Shown: in pieces, positions 60,079-64,000 of the stretch
How positions within the stretch are numbered: position 1 is the stretch's first letter
How the letters are laid out: every line of letters starts with the position of its first letter
Assembly: GCA_965219445.1 (NCBI GenBank)
Contig: CBDCNQ010000003.1
Coordinates: forward strand, 96,001-160,000
DNA from: Longimicrobiales bacterium
GTDB lineage: Bacteria > Gemmatimonadota > Gemmatimonadetes > Longimicrobiales > Gaopeijiaceae
Length of the DNA stretch: 64,000 nucleotides
Direction: 5' to 3'
Program-made: the position numbers and the translations under genes
The notes under the pieces: model-generated
What the model was told of the DNA's origin: nothing
What the model saw: the letters and a program-made list of their open reading frames with translations, nothing else
The model's database searches: none

Positions 60079-61584
60079 ATGAGAGGAGAAGCCATGATTG
60101 GTCCCAGCCGCTGGATCGCCGGTCTCGTCGCCCTGGTCGCTGCTGCTGTAGCGCCCGTGGGAGTTGGCGCCCAATCGGCGGCGGTGCCTTCGGACGAAGC
60201 CGAAGTGACCTTCACCGGGGACATCGCTCCCATTCTCCAGGAGAACTGTGTGCGCTGCCACCGGGACGGAGGGGTGGCGCCGATGTCGCTAGAGACATAC
60301 GAGAACGCAAAGCCCTTTTCTCCATTGATCAAGTACCGGACGGGCATTCGGGACCGTGCGGGGGCGATGCCGCCGTTCTACCTCGAGCGGAATATCGGCA
60401 TCCAGGACTACCGGGACGTGCTCGGGTTGAGCGACGAAGAGATCGCCAAGATCGCGACCTGGGTGGACAACGGCGCACCCCAGGGAGATCCGGAGGACAT
60501 GCCGCCGCCTCGGGAATTCGATGACGACGATGGCTGGGCCTTCGAGCCGGACGTGGTGGTGAAGACCAAACCTTTCACCATGGGACCCGATGAGCCCGAC
60601 ATGTTCATCCATATCCCGGGGCCGGAGCCCGGACGTTTGCCCATCCCGATCGAGGAAGATCGGTACGTGGCCGCCGTCCAGGTCAGGGAGGTCAATGACG
60701 TGCCCGTGGACTACCGATCGCCGTCGTCGACGGGCGGGAGATTTATCGCTCACCACCTGACCTATTCCACGGCGGTGCCCGGGGAAGAGCGAGATGGAAT
60801 CGGGACCTGGCCCGTTCACGAACTCGGTCGAAATGCGGACATCTTCCCCCCGAACGAGGGCCGGCTGCTGCGAGCAGGCTCGGAGATCAGGAGCAGCTCG
60901 CTGCATCTCTCTTCGAACGGGAGAGAGACCACAGCTCACCTGGAGATCGCCTACAAGTTCCATCCGAAGGACTACCAGCCCCCGTACGCTTCGCCGATCC
61001 GGGTGAACCGCTACGGTGCGGGCATGGCGCACGATATCGAGGCGGGCAAGGCCGACAACACGTTGACCCGCAGCTGGGTACTCGAGAAGCACACGAAGCT
61101 TCTGTCCTCCGAGGCCCACCTTCATGCGGCCGGATACCGAATGTGCCTGGAGTCGATCTGGGGCAACTTCGAGGAGACCCTCTGGTGTATCGGCTACGAC
61201 CACAACTGGGTCAGGAACTACTGGTATGGAGAGGACGCCGCGCCCCTGCTGCCCAAAGGCACGATCCTGAGAGTCACAGCCGAGCTGAACAACACGGAGG
61301 GTAATGCGAACGTCACCGATCCGAGGAATTGGTCGGGACCGGGCAGCATCACCAGGTCCAACATGTTCCACCTCTTCTCCGTAGAGGTCACGCTCAGCGA
61401 CGAGGAATTCAAGCAGCAGATGGCCGATCGGGTAGAGAACCTCGAGCTGGGGCCCAACGATTGGGTCATCGGCTGTCCGTTGTGCAAGGCTACGATACCG
61501 CCGCCGCCGCCCAAGCCGGCTGGCATGATGGACGCCGACACGGAACGAGTGGCGGGAGCAGCCTCGCAAAAAGAAGTCAGGTAA
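60079..61584 (+). CDS. Cytochrome c / PHM-like copper monooxygenase fusion (A4)
   Basis: CVRCH, MPPF, IAHH, SLHL, AHLHAAG, SNMF, GCPLC; duplicated RBS+ATG (aggagaagccatga x2). Confidence 0.75.
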   Translation: MRGEAMIGPSRWIAGLVALVAAAVAPVGVGAQSAAVPSDEAEVTFTGDIAPILQENCVRCHRDGGVAPMSLETYENAKPFSPLIKYRTGIRDRAGAMPPFYLERNIGIQDYRDVLGLSDEEIAKIATWVDNGAPQGDPEDMPPPREFDDDDGWAFEPDVVVKTKPFTMGPDEPDMFIHIPGPEPGRLPIPIEEDRYVAAVQVREVNDVPVDYRSPSSTGGRFIAHHLTYSTAVPGEERDGIGTWPVHELGRNADIFPPNEGRLLRAGSEIRSSSLHLSSNGRETTAHLEIAYKFHPKDYQPPYASPIRVNRYGAGMAHDIEAGKADNTLTRSWVLEKHTKLLSSEAHLHAAGYRMCLESIWGNFEETLWCIGYDHNWVRNYWYGEDAAPLLPKGTILRVTAELNNTEGNANVTDPRNWSGPGSITRSNMFHLFSVEVTLSDEEFKQQMADRVENLELGPNDWVIGCPLCKATIPPPPPKPAGMMDADTERVAGAASQKEVR

Positions 61585-62499
61585 ATGATGTGGGCTTGGG
61601 TCGTGGCGTTGGCGATTCTGCTGATCCCTCAGGGAGCCGATGGCCAGGACGGGCTCACCTTTTTGAAGGGCCAGACAATCTCACCGGTCTTCGTCGGGTG
61701 GCAGGACAATCCGGATGGCTCCTACAACCTCTGGTTCGGATACATGAACCGGAACTGGGAGGAAATGCCCGAGATCCCGGTGGGACCCGACAACCACTTC
61801 TCGCCCGGGCCGGCCGATCGGGGGCAGCCCACCTATTTCCTTCCGCGCTTCAACCGTTTCGTCTTCAAGGTGCAGGTGCCGCCCGACTTCGGTGATCAGG
61901 AACTCGTGTGGACGCTCCGGGCCCAGGGAGAGGCGTATGGGTCGCTCAACCGGGAATACCATCTGGATCACCGGATGTACCAGGCCCAACGGGGAGTCTA
62001 CGGAGGAGGCGGCTTTCGCGACGGGGCGGATGAGAACACCGCCCCGGATCTCGAGGTGGACGGAGAAGAGGTACGAAGGGTCAAGGTAGGCGAGCCACTG
62101 ACGTTGGTGGCGCACGTCAGCGATGACGGATCTCTGGCCCGCACCGACAATACGTTGCCCGTCACCGAGGATGGAGAGCTGGACCTGGAGAGGGCGTTGG
62201 CACTGAAGCCCACCAGCCACACGATGGGCACCCATTTTGCCCTGACCCTCTCCTGGTGGGTCTACCGGGGCAACGGCAACGCGGTGGCGTTCGATCCCGA
62301 CCAGGTGAAGACGTGGTGGGATACGAGGCCCTTCCAGTCCCGGTGGTCACTGTATTGGGTCCCGCCGGAGGAGCCGGAGGACGGGACTTGGGTGACTCGG
62401 GTCACCTTCCACGAGCCGGGTACCTACGTGCTCCGTAGCCGGGCGGATGACGGAGGCTTGTTTACGGACCACGAATTGACGGTCCACGTGACCCGGTGA
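61585..62499 (+). CDS. Secreted partner protein (B4)
   Basis: FVGW, WFGYMNRN, IPVGPDN, GQPTYF, FHEPGTYVLR. Confidence 0.8.
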   Translation: MMWAWVVALAILLIPQGADGQDGLTFLKGQTISPVFVGWQDNPDGSYNLWFGYMNRNWEEMPEIPVGPDNHFSPGPADRGQPTYFLPRFNRFVFKVQVPPDFGDQELVWTLRAQGEAYGSLNREYHLDHRMYQAQRGVYGGGGFRDGADENTAPDLEVDGEEVRRVKVGEPLTLVAHVSDDGSLARTDNTLPVTEDGELDLERALALKPTSHTMGTHFALTLSWWVYRGNGNAVAFDPDQVKTWWDTRPFQSRWSLYWVPPEEPEDGTWVTRVTFHEPGTYVLRSRADDGGLFTDHELTVHVTR

Positions 62500-62601
62500 C
62501 AACGTCGCCACCTGAGACGCCACCCGAGACACCTGCTCACCGCGAGCCAGCCCTCCCGCTCATCCCATCACGCTTGAATCCCAAACGCCAGCACTTTCAT
62601 A

Positions 62602-64000
62602 TTAATTCCCCATCCGCTGGCGAAGCTCCTCGAACCAGTTCTGGACGATCTGGACCTGCCTCAGCCTCGACGGGTCGCTCTTGACCATCACGAAGCGCCC
62701 ATCCGGCCCGACATCCCAGTTGATGAACTGAGAGAAGTCGTAGCCACTGGCATCGAAAAGTTCTCGGGGAGGACCGGACGAGAAGGTGGGAGAGGTGCTA
62801 ACCTCGACTGCCAAAATGCGGGTGCCACTCCGATAGAATATCTCGCGCCCGTCCTTGGACCACTTCCCCTCCACACCGCCGCCAATGGAGACGGAGTGGC
62901 GGGGTCCGGGACCCGGAAACGGCCTGACGTAAACCTCCCTGGCGCCCGACACGTTGGAGTAGTACGCGACCCAGCGTCCGTCGGGTGAGAAGTTGGGAGC
63001 GGACTCGGAAGCCGGCGTAGCGAGAAACGGTGCTGAAGATCCGTCGACGAGGTTGATGACAGCCAGATCCGAGCCGTTTTCCGGGTGGATCTCGTTCACC
63101 ATGATGTGATCATCAATCGACCAGGAGGGCTGGTATTGCGGCAGAGGCCGGGCGGACGCTAACTGCGGCCCGCCGCCCTCGCGCCAACGTATCCAGTGCA
63201 GATCGCCACCGAAGGAAAACCCCAACCGCTCACCATCAGGTGCCCAGGCTAGACTCGGATGATGTCCGTCGGTCGTGAGGGGTTCCGCGCTTCCCCTCTG
63301 CAGGTCCACCATCCAGACATCAGAGGGACGGGGATCCACGATCACAGCCACCCGGTTTCCGTCAGGAGAGACGCGCGGCCAACGATAGCCTCGCGCCTCG
63401 ACCGGGATCCGCTCCTCTGAACCATCGCGAGCGACGAGCCAGAGAGACCGCTCGAAGCCTCCGGCGACATAAGCCAGCGTTCCCGTTTCCGATACGGCGA
63501 AGGCGGCTGCACTGCCGCCAGGACCACGAAACACACCTTCGAGGACCGGGACCTCCGCACCGTTTACCTCCAAGCGGTCGATGTCGAACGGCACGGCTCG
63601 TATCCGCTCTTCGCCCGCATGGAAGAGGAGATGACCAGTCGGGACATAACGCGCCTGTGTCCCATTGAACAAGAACCGCACCTCTCCGGTCCCAAGATCG
63701 AGAACACCCGTTCCCCCGATGACGCTCACCAGTGCATGCTCGCCATCCGGAAGGTGGTGCGGCCACCGTGGCTGCCCCCCCCGATCGCAGTAGAATCAGC
63801 ACCGGCTCGACCTGTTTGGTCGACCTGGGTGAGCCCAAGCGGCACGGGGTCTCCGCCTGCCATCGGTACGCGATACAGGCTGGGCCCTGCCGCGAATAGG
63901 ATCGTGTTGTCGGCTCCCCAGCTCGCTCCACGGGTCTCTCCAGATGGCAAGGGAGTGATGGTGATCGGAGCCCCACCGGATACCGAGACCCTCTGTAGCT
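62602..64000 (-). CDS. C-terminal TolB/PD40 beta-propeller, probably of a Ser/Thr kinase; partial, with a frameshift at a G8 run
   Basis: PRVSPDG, FSPDGRWVAY.S..SG..EVYV, VQNWFEELR; frame changes at 63775-63782. Confidence 0.75.

Overview
GC-rich bacterial window. The 'LEGRYAIERELGEG' kinase style and the DUF5916/DUF1552 repertoire suggest Gemmatimonadota (inference only). It is dominated by exported redox and hydrolytic proteins. (1) Four paralogous gene pairs each encode a heme-c-fused PHM/DBH-type copper monooxygenase with all six Cu-ligand motifs plus an uncharacterised secreted partner. Two orphan partner tails and a PAL-like NHL lyase with its catalytic motifs are also present, suggesting a bacterial PAM-like oxidation system. 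(2) An IS110/IS1111 element is inserted in one terminal inverted repeat of an IS256 element, and its 3' non-coding region contains readable bridge-RNA guides matching both that target and its own donor junction. (3) An OsmC-like gene has an in-frame TGA at the catalytic Cys position followed by a SECIS-like hairpin. Also present: three PQQ dehydrogenases and one pseudogene, a DUF1592/DUF1552 pair, three DUF5916 genes, phoD and a Tat-exported phnA-like gene, lutABC, a NosR-like gene with apbE, rnpB, tRNA-Arg(CCG), an AbrB/Doc toxin-antitoxin pair, a tRNA-Ile 3' fragment, and several frameshifts, gene remnants and short tandem duplications. All family calls come from motif recognition by eye; no searches were run.
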